NCBI GenBank assembly: GCA_050998515.1
Contig: JBPCQC010000012.1
Coordinates: 1,376 to 65,375 of the forward strand
DNA: 64,000 nucleotides
DNA from: Verrucomicrobiales bacterium
Lineage (GTDB): Bacteria > Verrucomicrobiota > Verrucomicrobiia > Verrucomicrobiales > V1-33
Direction: 5' to 3'
Shown: piece by piece, positions 19,701 to 28,400 of the stretch
Layout of the letters: each line of letters opens with the position of its first letter
How positions within the stretch are numbered: the first letter of the stretch is position 1
The notes under the pieces: generated by a model
What the model saw: only the letters and a program-made list of their open reading frames with translations
Database searches by the model: none
Told to the model about the DNA's origin: nothing
Program-made: the position numbers and the translations under genes

Positions 19701-20510
19701 AATGATGCGCCCCGCCACTTCCACAGCGGGTGTTTCCGCCGTAATCGGCGCCGCTTTCCCTTCCTCGACGACCGTGCTCTGGCCGGACACCGGGCATTGC
19801 TCGACGACCTCGCTTTCTGGCGAAATACGCTCACCAATTTCGAGCTCGCGCACCGGACTTTCGTGCACCGCGAGTTCACGATCGATGGCCACCCCGCGGA
19901 ACACGACGTCCCTTTGTGTCGTCTGGGGAATGCGTGATTCGTAAACTCTCGCCTTGTAACTCTCGCCTTCCGCCGTTTCGAAATAGCGCATCACCGGCTC
20001 GAAATCCGCCGGCAGCGTCACCCCGGGCTGCGGCTTGCCGAAGTACACATTGAAATCGCCGCGTGCGCTCACTGGCTTTTCCAACAGCGCCACGATTTCG
20101 GGTGGTAATTCCTGACGCACGACCCGCCGCACCGCTTCTTCGAGCGCACGCTGCGGATCCGAGATGATCAATTTCTTGAATTCGACCCGCCTTAGCGCCG
20201 CCAGGTTCAAACCTTCCTGCGAAAGCGGGCGGCGCTGCTCGGCATTCGCAGCCATAAATCGAACCGACCAATCCCGGAAGGCTTCAATGGGCCGGAAATC
20301 GGGGATTTTTGCCGCCGCCTGCGGGAATGCGGCGCCTGTAGACCCCACCGAGATTGCTTCCATCACCCTCGACGTTGCAGAAACTGTTGGCAGGGCCACT
20401 CCGTCATGCGGAGTGTTCCCATCTGTAGGATGGCCTGCGCGCTGGTGCCAAACATAGACCAGCGCAGCCACGACTAGCGCGGCGCCCAACAAAACGGGGG
20501 GATTTTTCAT
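13797..20510 (-). CDS. giant secreted multidomain protein: metzincin protease / PKD / CarboxypepD_reg-like / 8x Calx-beta / ConA-like jelly roll / TSP3-like Ca site / C-terminal beta-sandwich
   Basis: ATG 20510 (MKNPPVLLGAALVVAALVYVW); the track start 20522 is TTG. HEAGHSIGRGH (HExxHxxGxxH) at 19179..19193 with NDEYGNGFDVMGGG downstream. WDCGDG of a PKD domain at 18483..18500. Also the Calx-beta array listed separately, a ConA-like domain (14466..14915, GNFDLRCRM..IRLVRNGDSFSAYHSADGNSWTQ) and DADPDGDGLSNLIEYALNLDP at 14049..14111. Confidence 0.85.
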   Translation of the reverse strand: MKNPPVLLGAALVVAALVYVWHQRAGHPTDGNTPHDGVALPTVSATSRVMEAISVGSTGAAFPQAAAKIPDFRPIEAFRDWSVRFMAANAEQRRPLSQEGLNLAALRRVEFKKLIISDPQRALEEAVRRVVRQELPPEIVALLEKPVSARGDFNVYFGKPQPGVTLPADFEPVMRYFETAEGESYKARVYESRIPQTTQRDVVFRGVAIDRELAVHESPVRELEIGERISPESEVVEQCPVSGQSTVVEEGKAAPITAETPAVEVAGRIIRLCNGTHARVLDESYRQASGGPGGAHSIPDNFPGTSAEAIGNFRALYIRVTYPDQLRAPNTESEAYGYMRDVTRYFLDNSFGKMSTTTTVTPLVVLPHTKAWYVAKDAEVDGLGLVHSHARAEARRLGYDSNIFTVTIVRVNSGPRLDGISWGGGDSVWLSWDGMDVINHEAGHSIGRGHANFWDTNGQSAIGDGVNDEYGNGFDVMGGGNGFSAHYNTIAKRALAWLPDGAIHQPTQNGIFRIHAYDQPVLEEGKRYAIRIAKDSGRFYHVEYHKAYGEEHSSANALKNSALLIWHWAALGNNGHLIDTTPGTSGGKNDGGIEVGRTFSDFESGLHFTVVGKNPTTPESLDIAVQRGPFAGNDPPTVSLNASATNVASNASITFTAAASDADGDALSYHWDCGDGYFSENSSVFTRVFTTPRQYTIHCSVSDMKGGLTRRQVVVSVGSPSGRTVTGQVTAAGPLQGVLIKSSSGQHAYTDADGAYALSNVPTGSRTISALLYGFSFTPEFTNPLVVGTGANVANFSAASVTEVTLEATADATEGGANGLFALTRTGATSNALTVRVMTATGTAERTVDYNFNPAETTEGNYRNFVIPAGAATLPIAVQAVNDASQEGPETVTLQVANGATYITRASGVATLVVNDNDTALPKVSITASDDESAEAGGNPASFVILRTGPLTSALTVGLQFSGTATRGSDYPNLPVSVTIPAGEPSLIVALTPTDDAAVEPSESCVVTLASSGAYVRDPAAQSATAVIYDDETPVLTITALDPNAAEAGRDPGVFLISRTGLSTQSLKVYYGLGGSASQGTDYQVLPAEVTIPAGADSVPVYVTPYDDAHGEAAETVELRLTTFGGAYSVGHTSSATVTIADNSDPPLVTVGCFSASIAEPNDTGSFRFRVTGSVTGSIIVNYTISGTATPGVDYTGLTGSVTIPGNGANNADVTVTPLNDLLKENVETIIITLTPGPNYTIYNEGLATGLLRDDDAPTVNITPHRDTLQEPSTASSFHISRSDADADPTTAGALTVNYTVAGTAANGTDYAMLTGAVTIADGQAGIDISVMPVDDALFEGAETITVTLTDNAAYSVGVRSASLVLTDNETLPISLGFETAVSSTSEAPDPSSGPHRLLNVTLSAASTDTITVEYEAWTAGSGATATGDGVDWNFVDGANGDAFISSGVLTFAPGVISQAVKLRVADDGVIESPEIAAIRLKNASFSRVSTSRGTHSLTINDNAAANPLARVAFLTAASATAESSGSAFLMVSLDRALALSASVSYAVSGGTATANEDFTLAPGTLTFAAGETAKLIELRLTNDSALEGAETAVVQLASPLVAELGARSSHIVTIQDDNAPTVSVVASDPEAGEPSEAAQFTISRSGGALDAALTINYTVAGTAGAADYQAMGGSVTLEANQLSDAIAVMPIDDSETESDETVILALAAHASYNIDAGHASASVTLRDDDSPPLVSILSPVAPSAAIPAGVGLVLQGIGEKYGAGGPVAVDVAWTRVSGLGAVTFGNAAAVNTTARFSLNGSYVLRLTGTAGSLSAFDEVSVTVGVPVTTPAASTSDVGVTQAPGSWSERGGVHTLRGAGSGLSSTGSSDGFFFVAAARSGNFDLRCRMVSIVNPGGSGSCRAGLMARASDAPDAMYALTLHKADGPHSYNYRLSNGVATQASQGTTNYTFPRWIRLVRNGDSFSAYHSADGNSWTQRGSTQTIAMGTAPLVGLAITSAEPEEASTATFDNLAFPLHANVGPLVDAGTVTGTGPFTLDGTVADDGLPLPVSLNTAWQQASGPGTAAFADASVVDTTVSVDSSGSYVVRLSANDSAVATFDDATFSATVDNPPIEIWRAAQFGPDANNPTIAGDDADPDGDGLSNLIEYALNLDPHTHSQSQLPVSSRDETTLWLTYRKRIGATDVTLLVQGSQDLNSWSAAGISEVVVSDDDGETQVIRASISTALERRYLRVRVTH
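15321..18101 (-). repeat. eight tandem Calx-beta-like domains (about 110-130 aa each) inside the giant gene
   Basis: Eight units share the pattern: acidic strand, then G(T/S)A..G.DY, then (T/S)(V/I/L)(T/S)(I/F).AG, then DD...E..E, then V.L, ending (I/V/L)..(D/N)(D/N/E). The first starts at VTLEATADATEGG and the last ends at SASVTLRDDD. Confidence 0.75.
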
Positions 20511-20590
20511 TAGGCGCAGCAAAACGCACCGCGAGTCTCCGCGGAGTTCGCTCCAAGGTCAATATAAAGGGCACGACGGCAGCCAGGTGT

Positions 20591-20639
20591 TGTAGCCGGG
20601 GTCTGAAACCCCGGCCCCGCGTCATAGACGCCGGCTACA
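20591..20639. repeat. REP-like palindromic element in the intergenic region
   Basis: TGTAGCCGGGGTC (20591..20603) pairs with GACGCCGGCTACA (20627..20639) with one mismatch. Inner hairpin CCGGGG-TCTGAAA-CCCCGG (20596..20614). Confidence 0.5.
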
Positions 20640-20701
20640 GCACGGTCCTGCATCGACGGCAGCGACGGGATACCGACGCTCAGTAGGCCCGCCCGCTCTG
20701 C

Positions 20702-22273
20702 TCAGTTCTTCGCCACCGGTGTCGCGCCTTCGGCGAAGCAATAGATATGCGTCATCGTGGTAACAATAAGCTGGCCGCTGGCGGCAACGGGACTGGACAT
20801 CAAGGGTGCCGGGAATTCGATGAGGCCAAGCTTTTTCATTTCCTTGCCAGCCGCGAGGATAGTCAGCTCGCCTTCTTCATTGCCGACATAGACTTTGCCG
20901 TCCGCGACCAAGGTTGAAGACCAGATGTGGCCTTTGGTGTCGTAAACCCAGAGTTTTTTTCCTGTTTCCGCGTCGAGGCAATGCACGCGGCCCGAGTAAT
21001 CTGCCAGGTAAAGCAATCCATCGGCGATCGAGGCCGTCGAAATCGAGCGTTCGATTTCCTTGTACTGCCAGAGGGCGCCGTCCTTGGAAATGTCACCGCG
21101 TTTGGTGAGATCGATGCAACTCAGACATCCCTTGCCCTCACCATGCTCGGGGTCCTGTCCGATCGCGATGTAAACCCGATTTTTGTAGACCACCGGCGTC
21201 GAGATGATTTCGCTGGGACCGTCAGGGTCGGCGTATTTACGTTTCGAACCGTCATCCTTCGTGCGCATCTCTTTCGGTACGCAGTCAAATCTGAATAGTT
21301 CCTGCAGGATGTTGATGTCATCGGAGCCGGTTTTCGGCACTGGATCAAAGCCGTAAACAAATCCGTCCCCCGCTCCAAAGATGACCACCGGCGCGCCATT
21401 GACCTCCGCGTAGGCCGGGGAGGACCAGTTGCAATGCATGACCCGCTCGCCAATTTTTGAAGTCTCTTCCCCAAGATACTTTCCGGTGTTTTTGTCCAGA
21501 CAGATGAAAGTCGGCGCCTGCGGGTTGGGCAGATTGGTGTGACTCCAATCGACACCCGCCGAGGTGGTCGCGTAAACCCGATCCCCGACGATGATCACGC
21601 TGCTCGAGGCAATGTTATGCGGGAAAACTCCGAGTTCCTCGCGCATATCGAAGCGCCATATAACGTCCCCATCTTTCGGAGTGACTTCGGCGGGAGTCGG
21701 GGCTGGCTGGCCGGGCGCGGGGGTCGGCGTGAAATACTTCGCCTCCTCCTTGAATGGGCCGTCGTTTCCATTGGCCAGGCCATTCATGTCGATGCAAACT
21801 ATCTCGCACCGGTTCGTCACCAGGTACGCCCGATCGGCTTCGATAAATGGGGTCGTGCACATGCCGAGATATTCCCAGTCGCTTACCTTGCCGGCGCCCA
21901 GCTTGGGCACGACGAGCTGCCAGTGGAACGCTCCCGTCTTTTCATCCAGGCACATAATAACCGAGCGATCTCCGGTCTTGGTCGGGTCACGCGGATTTTC
22001 ATTGTTGGTCCCAACGAGGATCTTCCCTTTGCTCACGCACGGCGTGCCATAACTCTGCGAGCCGAGTTTGACCACCCACTTGCAGTTCTTGGTCGTCGTG
22101 AGATCGACATCTTCACTTCCTTTCTTGCGCTTGCCCGCCGAAAAATCCGCCGGCAGGTTTTTTTCAGTCGATACCATGTTTTTCGACAGCGTCCCGCACC
22201 ACTGCGGCCAGTCACCTGCATGGCTGGCGGCGGCGAGAACAAGGACGAAAATAGGCTTAAGGAGCTTGTGCAT
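20702..22273 (-). CDS. PQQ-like beta-propeller repeat protein (BamB-like fold), secreted
   Basis: Start trimmed to ATG 22273, giving signal peptide MHKLLKPIFVLVLAAASHAGDWPQWCG. Repeated propeller-blade pattern (G.VY....G.L.C.D..TGK..W). Confidence 0.8.
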   Translation of the reverse strand: MHKLLKPIFVLVLAAASHAGDWPQWCGTLSKNMVSTEKNLPADFSAGKRKKGSEDVDLTTTKNCKWVVKLGSQSYGTPCVSKGKILVGTNNENPRDPTKTGDRSVIMCLDEKTGAFHWQLVVPKLGAGKVSDWEYLGMCTTPFIEADRAYLVTNRCEIVCIDMNGLANGNDGPFKEEAKYFTPTPAPGQPAPTPAEVTPKDGDVIWRFDMREELGVFPHNIASSSVIIVGDRVYATTSAGVDWSHTNLPNPQAPTFICLDKNTGKYLGEETSKIGERVMHCNWSSPAYAEVNGAPVVIFGAGDGFVYGFDPVPKTGSDDINILQELFRFDCVPKEMRTKDDGSKRKYADPDGPSEIISTPVVYKNRVYIAIGQDPEHGEGKGCLSCIDLTKRGDISKDGALWQYKEIERSISTASIADGLLYLADYSGRVHCLDAETGKKLWVYDTKGHIWSSTLVADGKVYVGNEEGELTILAAGKEMKKLGLIEFPAPLMSSPVAASGQLIVTTMTHIYCFAEGATPVAKN

Positions 22274-22284
22274 GAGTTTGAACG

Positions 22285-22509
22285 TTAATCCAACGGTGGG
22301 ATGGGTTGTGGCAGTTGCCCAGTTTGAATCTGCTGCCACGCAGACATCAAGTCCTGCCGATAAAGTCCTGCCCAACGCGAGACCAGCGAAGCGGCGTGTC
22401 GGGGCAACCGACCTTCGATAACTTGGAGGCTTTCAATTTCGATCATGGCTTCGAATTCACCGTAAATTGCATGAAAGTGGGCTGGCGGATGCTCGCGCAA
22501 ATGCATCAA
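22285..22509 (-). CDS. DUF4160 domain protein (N-terminus apparently clipped)
   Basis: HPPAHFHAIYGEFEAMIEIESLQVIEGRLP..LVSRWAGLYRQDLMSAWQ matches the DUF4160 pattern. Family-like residues (SRFHGIRI) continue upstream of the TTG/ATG start, up to the TGA of the preceding gene. Confidence 0.7.
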   Translation of the reverse strand: MMHLREHPPAHFHAIYGEFEAMIEIESLQVIEGRLPRHAASLVSRWAGLYRQDLMSAWQQIQTGQLPQPIPPLD

Positions 22510-22536
22510 GATTCTGATGCCGTGGAAACGCGAAGT

Positions 22537-22836
22537 TCAGGCATCGGCAAAAAGTTCAGTCAATCGTGGAAAGAGTTCTTCGGGTTTCTTGCCAGTTATT
22601 TGCAAATAGAGCGCATCCGCGCAGAGATCAATTCCATTCGGCCATTCGACAGTGCGTCCCGTTTCGCCGATGCACGCCTTGGCCAAAAAAGTTTCATCTC
22701 GCAAGGTCTTGAAGACCCCCCGGTCGAGGTCCGCCGAGAAGTCGATTTCGCCCGCCGTGCCGTCGGCAAAGATCAACGATAGCCGATGGCGGGGAAGAGC
22801 GCGCAAGGAAACGATGCGTGGGCGTGAGTCGATCAT
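22537..22836 (-). CDS. DUF2442 domain protein
   Basis: RIVSLRALPRHRLSLIFADGTAGEIDFS..GVFKTLRDETFLAKACIGETGRTVEWPNGIDLCADALY matches the DUF2442 pattern. ATG 22836 is preceded by AAAGAG. Confidence 0.75.
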   Translation of the reverse strand: MIDSRPRIVSLRALPRHRLSLIFADGTAGEIDFSADLDRGVFKTLRDETFLAKACIGETGRTVEWPNGIDLCADALYLQITGKKPEELFPRLTELFADA

Positions 22837-22893
22837 CTCTTTAAAAATACGCCGACATTGAGGGGAGACAATGCGCTTGTTTTGGACGCGTCC

Positions 22894-25185
22894 TCACTCG
22901 TTTGGCTTCACCACTATATTGTCGATGAAGACACGTTTCTGGCTCTGCGGCGAAAAACCGAAAAGCCCCGGCGATCCGTTGCGATGGCCGTCTTTGTGCA
23001 CGTGCTCGAAACTCCACTTCTCGGGTTCGGGCTGGCCGCGCTCCCAAGCTTTGGCGAAAATCAGCGTGCTGCCGTCGGGCTTGGGCACGACACTCGTCTT
23101 CAACGTATACCACGTGTTCGCTTTCACGGGAAACGGTGTGCTCACATTCAGCCGCTCGTAATTCGAGGAAACTGAGATCGCGTTCTCGTTCCCTTTCAGG
23201 GTGATGAGGTATCGTTGATTGATGAGTCCGATTTCTGACTTCAGCCGGCGCGTGCCCTCGGTCATCAAATCGGCTTGCACGGTGTAGTTTTTGCGGTCTT
23301 CGCGGCCGATGAAGGTCATGGCACGCTGGAAGAAAATCTGGTCGAGCGTCTTTGCCAAAACCTTCGAGCCATCCTGTTCGCGGACTTCCCACTTAAACCG
23401 GGCGCCCATCCATGGCAGGGGCGGATAGGCAAATTTGACGCCCTCCGTGGCATGCGTTTCGGCAATCTCGAACGCTTCGAAATCCTGTTGCTGGGCTTGT
23501 GCCGGCATGACGCGGCAGCGAATGACGCCGCTCAATCCATCAGGCGAGGTCGCTTTGAACGCCCCGGCGCTGATCTTTTCTCCCGCCGTCAGTTCGCCAT
23601 TGGCTGCGAAAGTCGCATCGGCCGTCGATTTCACCCGTGCCGTGGGTGGAATGAAGCTCTCCCATTTGGCTTCCTTCACTTCCGCTACCACGAGGCCGTT
23701 GGCATCCATTGACGCCAGGCGGAAGGTCGCCTTCTGGCCCGGTTGCAGCGTGACTTCCTGCGGAACGATGCGCAACGCCACCGCCTTGCCTGGTTTGAGG
23801 ACCGGTTCGGCGGGCGCTTTGTCCACGGTGATCTTTCCCGATCCAATTTTGAAACAATAGAGCTTGTGCCGGGTGTGCACGAAGAGCTTCCCGTCCGCCA
23901 CGGCAGGCTGGGCGTTCGCTTCGCCCTCGAGTTCAATCATTTTCACGGCCTCGGCGCCGTTCTTGGTCGGCTTGACGATATGCAGATACCCGGTGGCTCC
24001 GCCGGAAGCGCGCGCGCCGCCTTTGACCGGACAATAAAGCAAGCCGTCCACGAAAAGCGGGGAGGAATGCAGGTTGTCCTCGCCCAGTTTCAGCTCGGCC
24101 AATACATTGCCGGTGGCGATCTCGACGCATTCGAGATTTCCCGTGTTCGTGAGCTGGTAAACCCGCCCGTTCGAGACGGTGGGAGAACTGGTGAAGGATC
24201 CGACCGCCACGCGCCAGGCTTCTGCCGCCACCGGTAGCTGTGTTGGGTCCGTTTTGGTTGGATCAGCTTGTTTTGGCGGAATGTCGGCCGGCAGTTTCAC
24301 GCCCACCATCCGTCCGGAGTCCGAAGTATCGACGTTCTCGTCGTTGTGGATGCCCATGAGAACGCCGTCAGCCACCACCGGGGAGCAGCCAATCCCCATT
24401 TTGGAAAGCTGGAAACGAAAAAGCGGCTCGCCGGTCCGGGCGTTGAACGCTGAAAGGTTGCCATCGCCCATGCCAATAAACATGACGCGGCGGCCATAGC
24501 GGGTTTCCACAAACGGCGTCGAATGCGAGCTGTCGCGCGGCGGCATTCCGCCGCCAGTAAACCACACCAGATCGCCGGATTTCTTGTCGAAGGCATAGAG
24601 GCGGTCCTGCGCCGGACCCGCCGCACCCCAGTTTGCTGTGATGACATGCACGATGACCGTATCGCCTTCGATGATCGGCGCACCGGTGCGCCCATTGGGA
24701 AACGTCAGCCGCCCGATCATCTCCATCAGAGAATAGGCCCATTTGATTTCGCCGGTCTTTGCCTCGCAACAGGCAAAAACCCCGTTCGACGTCTGGAGAT
24801 AAATGTTGCCAGTCTCAGCGTCATAAGCCGGACTTCCAATCGCGTAGCGGTTGTAAGCAGTGTCAGAAATGAAATCGCGGAAGTTCTTTTCCCAAACGAG
24901 TTCGCCGGTTGCGCCATCCAGACAGGTGAGCGTTTCGACCAGATCATCGAATTCCCCGCGATATCCGAACACGAAGACCTTGCCATCCACGATCAGCGGC
25001 GTGCCCTGGCCGGCCAGGTCGACCGTCCACAGCGGCTTTTCCTCGATCGCGTGTTTCTCGTAATGTTCCAGCGACGACCCATTTTGCAGCGGCCCGCGCC
25101 AGTGAGTCCAGTTGTTGGCGGCGGAAAACAAAGCCGAGCCGAGAAAGCCTACCAACCCGGGGATCAGAAGAGAAGGAGACATCAT
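22894..25185 (-). CDS. PQQ-like beta-propeller protein with C-terminal jelly-roll domain, secreted
   Basis: ATG 25185 (MMSPSLLIPGLVGFLGSALFSAANNWTHWRGP); the track start 25200 is TTG. Propeller blades are followed by an Ig-like stretch, then a 198-aa C-terminal domain (22897..23490) related to the 5428..6069 protein. Confidence 0.8.
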   Translation of the reverse strand: MMSPSLLIPGLVGFLGSALFSAANNWTHWRGPLQNGSSLEHYEKHAIEEKPLWTVDLAGQGTPLIVDGKVFVFGYRGEFDDLVETLTCLDGATGELVWEKNFRDFISDTAYNRYAIGSPAYDAETGNIYLQTSNGVFACCEAKTGEIKWAYSLMEMIGRLTFPNGRTGAPIIEGDTVIVHVITANWGAAGPAQDRLYAFDKKSGDLVWFTGGGMPPRDSSHSTPFVETRYGRRVMFIGMGDGNLSAFNARTGEPLFRFQLSKMGIGCSPVVADGVLMGIHNDENVDTSDSGRMVGVKLPADIPPKQADPTKTDPTQLPVAAEAWRVAVGSFTSSPTVSNGRVYQLTNTGNLECVEIATGNVLAELKLGEDNLHSSPLFVDGLLYCPVKGGARASGGATGYLHIVKPTKNGAEAVKMIELEGEANAQPAVADGKLFVHTRHKLYCFKIGSGKITVDKAPAEPVLKPGKAVALRIVPQEVTLQPGQKATFRLASMDANGLVVAEVKEAKWESFIPPTARVKSTADATFAANGELTAGEKISAGAFKATSPDGLSGVIRCRVMPAQAQQQDFEAFEIAETHATEGVKFAYPPLPWMGARFKWEVREQDGSKVLAKTLDQIFFQRAMTFIGREDRKNYTVQADLMTEGTRRLKSEIGLINQRYLITLKGNENAISVSSNYERLNVSTPFPVKANTWYTLKTSVVPKPDGSTLIFAKAWERGQPEPEKWSFEHVHKDGHRNGSPGLFGFSPQSQKRVFIDNIVVKPNE

Positions 25186-25429
25186 GGCAAAGTAACGCAA
25201 AAGCCGCGCTCGCGGGCTGAAACCTTGGCTGGGCCGCTTTACCGTGTCAAATCAGCCCGCGACGCTCCGCCCGCATTGTTCTTTGGGCCTTCCCTTAGAA
25301 GCGGTGGCTGTTCACACCAGGTGACGCAATTTCCAGTCTGAAAACGGCTGAAACTGCTTCGTCACAAGGCAGCGGCTTGCCGATGGCCGCTCACGCGCTA
25401 TTTGTGTGGGTCGACGACTTTAGATTACG

Positions 25430-28400
25430 ATGATTGACGCTGTCCGCACGTTTACGACCGGTTCGGGAGAAGAGGGCAAGCTCTATTCTCTACCGGCGTT
25501 GAAGGAGGCCGGTTGGGCGCCGCGTCTCGAGCGCTTGCCCACGTCGATTCGCATCGTTTTGGAATCCGTTCTTCGAAATTGCGACGGAAAACGTGTCACC
25601 GACCAGGACGTGCGAAACCTGGCGAACTATAATGCGGCCTCGCCAGGCAATTATGAGATCCCCTTCGTGGTCGCGCGCATTGTTTTGCAGGATTTCACCG
25701 GCGTCCCCTTGCTGGTAGACCTCGCTGCAATGCGATCGGCGGTGGCGCGACTCGGCGCCGACCCGACAATCATCGAGCCGCTGGTGACAGTGGATCTCGT
25801 CGTCGATCATTCGGTGCAAGTTGACTTTGCCGGGTCTGAACAGGCCCTCGCGCGCAACCTCGAACTCGAGTTTCAGCGAAATCGCGAACGCTATCAGTTC
25901 CTGAAATGGGGGGAACAAGCTTTCGACACCTTCAACGTCGTCCCACCGGGGATCGGCATTGTTCACCAGGTCAATCTCGAATATCTCGCCAAAGGGGTGC
26001 TCTCGAGGCCGTTCCGCTCGAATGGCGAATCGACGGATGTTCCCGAACTGGCAGCTAACCGCCTGCCCGAACACCTCGACGGCAGCGTGCCAAAAAATCG
26101 CCCCATCATCGAGGGCGATCCGCGGCTTTATTATCCGGATACTTTGGTCGGGACCGATTCCCACACCACAATGATCAACGGCCTCGGGGTAGTTGGCTGG
26201 GGGGTGGGCGGCATTGAGGCTGAAGCCGGCATGCTGGGACAGCCGGTGACTTTTCTCGTGCCCGAGGTCGTCGGGGTGTTGCTAACCGGTTCGCTGCAAA
26301 CTGGGATCACCGCGACTGATCTCGTGCTGCGGGTTACTGAATTGCTGCGCCGAACCAAGGTGGTGGGGAAGTTTGTCGAGTTTTTCGGTCCCGGGGCTCA
26401 GGCGCTTGGCGTCCCCGACCGCGCGACCCTGGCCAACATGGCCCCTGAGTATGGAGCCACGGTCGGGTTTTTTGGAGTCGATGAGGCAACCATGACTTAT
26501 CTGCGCGGCACTGGCCGTTCGCCTGAATTGTGCGGCACGGTCGAGAATTACTTCAAGGCCCAAGGTCTTTGGGGTATCCCGGGTCCCGGTGAGATCGATT
26601 ACACTCACGTAGTCGAATTGGATCTCACCTCGGTAAAGCCCAGCGTCGCCGGTCCGAAGCGCCCGCAGGATCGAATCGATCTCGATGGCTTGAAGGAGCG
26701 TTTCGAAGCCTTGCTCGAGGCGCCAATTGACATGGGAGGTTTCGGAAAATCGGGTGCGGCTCTGGCCGAGAACCCCCGCGCGCGGCTTTCGAAACCGCGG
26801 GGCGTAACCATTGGCTCGATCCTTTCGACTGATGCAGGCGACCTCGTTGGCCAGGAGCGCAACAAAGCGGAAATGACGACCAACCGGCCTGCGCCGGACC
26901 TGGTGCCGGTGGCCGAAGCGTTCGGGCCGATCGACAGCACGGTGGGTCACGGGTCGGTAGTCATCGCCGCCATCACCTCGTGCACCAATACGTCCAATCC
27001 TTCGGTCATGCTAGCCGCCGGTTTGCTGGCGAAGAAAGCCGTCGAGCGCGGTTTGCGTGTGCCTTCATCTGTCAAAACATCACTCGCCCCCGGTTCGCGC
27101 GTGGTGACCGATTACCTGAACAAAAGCGGCCTGCAACCCTACCTCGACCAACTCGGTTTTCAGACGGTCGGTTACGGTTGCACCACCTGCATTGGAAATT
27201 CCGGCCCTCTGCATCCGGCCATCGAAGACGCCATCAAGAACTCTGATCTGGTGTGCGCCTCCGTGCTTTCAGGCAATCGAAATTTCGAAGCGCGTGTCCA
27301 TCAAAGCGTGAAAGCGAATTTCCTGATGTCGCCGCCGTTGGTGGTGGCGTTCGCGATCGCCGGTACCGTCGACGTCGACCTGGCGAACGAACCCTTGGGA
27401 ATCGACCGGGAAGGCCAGCCGGTCTTCCTGCGCGAGCTTTGGCCGTCGCCAGTTGAAATTGCCAGCGCGATGCGCACGGCGCTCGCACCTGAAGTTTTTC
27501 AGCGGCTCTACACCGACTTCGCTGAGCAAAATCCGATGTGGAATGAAATCCCGTCCTTTCCAGGGCTGGTCTATCAATGGGATGAGGAGTCCACTTACAT
27601 TCAGGAGCCTCCGTTCTTTGAAGGCTTCAGTCTCACGCCGCCGGCCATCCTGCCCATCAAAGGGGCGCGCCCGCTTGGGATTTTCGGCGACAGCGTCACC
27701 ACCGACCACATCAGCCCGGCCGGATCGATTCGCAAAGACACGCCCGCGGGAAGGTACCTGCTCGAGCACGGAGTCGAGTTCGCGAATTTCAACAGCTACG
27801 GCAGCCGACGGGGCAACGACTGCGTGATGACGCGAGGAACGTTCGCCAATGTGCGCATCAAGAATTTGATGGTACCTGAAACGGAGGGAGGAGTGACACG
27901 ATACTTTCGCAACGCGCGGGTTAGCGAGGTAATGCCGATTTTCGACGCGGCGTCTCTTTACAAGGAGCGGGGCATTCCCTTGATCGTCATCGCGGGCGAG
28001 GATTACGGCATGGGTTCTAGCCGTGACTGGGCCGCCAAGGGGACAACGCTTCTCGGAGTTAAAGCGGTCATTGCCAAATCATTTGAGCGCATCCACCGCA
28101 GCAATCTGATCGGCATGGGGGTCCTGCCGTGCACGTTTCGGGACAAGGACGATTACGACAAGGTGAAGGGCATGGCGAATGCCACTTTCGACTTATTGGG
28201 GCTGACTAAGAGGTTGAAACCGCAGCAGGAAGCCACCTTGCGCGTCAGGCCGGCGGTTCCAAAGCCGGTCTCGAGGGAGGAGAACTTGTCTGCTCCGGAG
28301 AAATTCGACGTTCCTGTGATCGTTCGGCTCGATACCCCCATGGAAATCGACTACTATCGGGCCGGCGGCATTCTTCCGTACGTCCTGGCACAAATCATCC

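Noticed and set aside
22274-22375. N-terminal 34-aa extension of the PQQ-propeller ORF
   Set aside because: It overlaps the DUF4160 gene end. The ATG at 22273 gives a canonical signal peptide followed by the DWPQWCG motif shared with paralogs.
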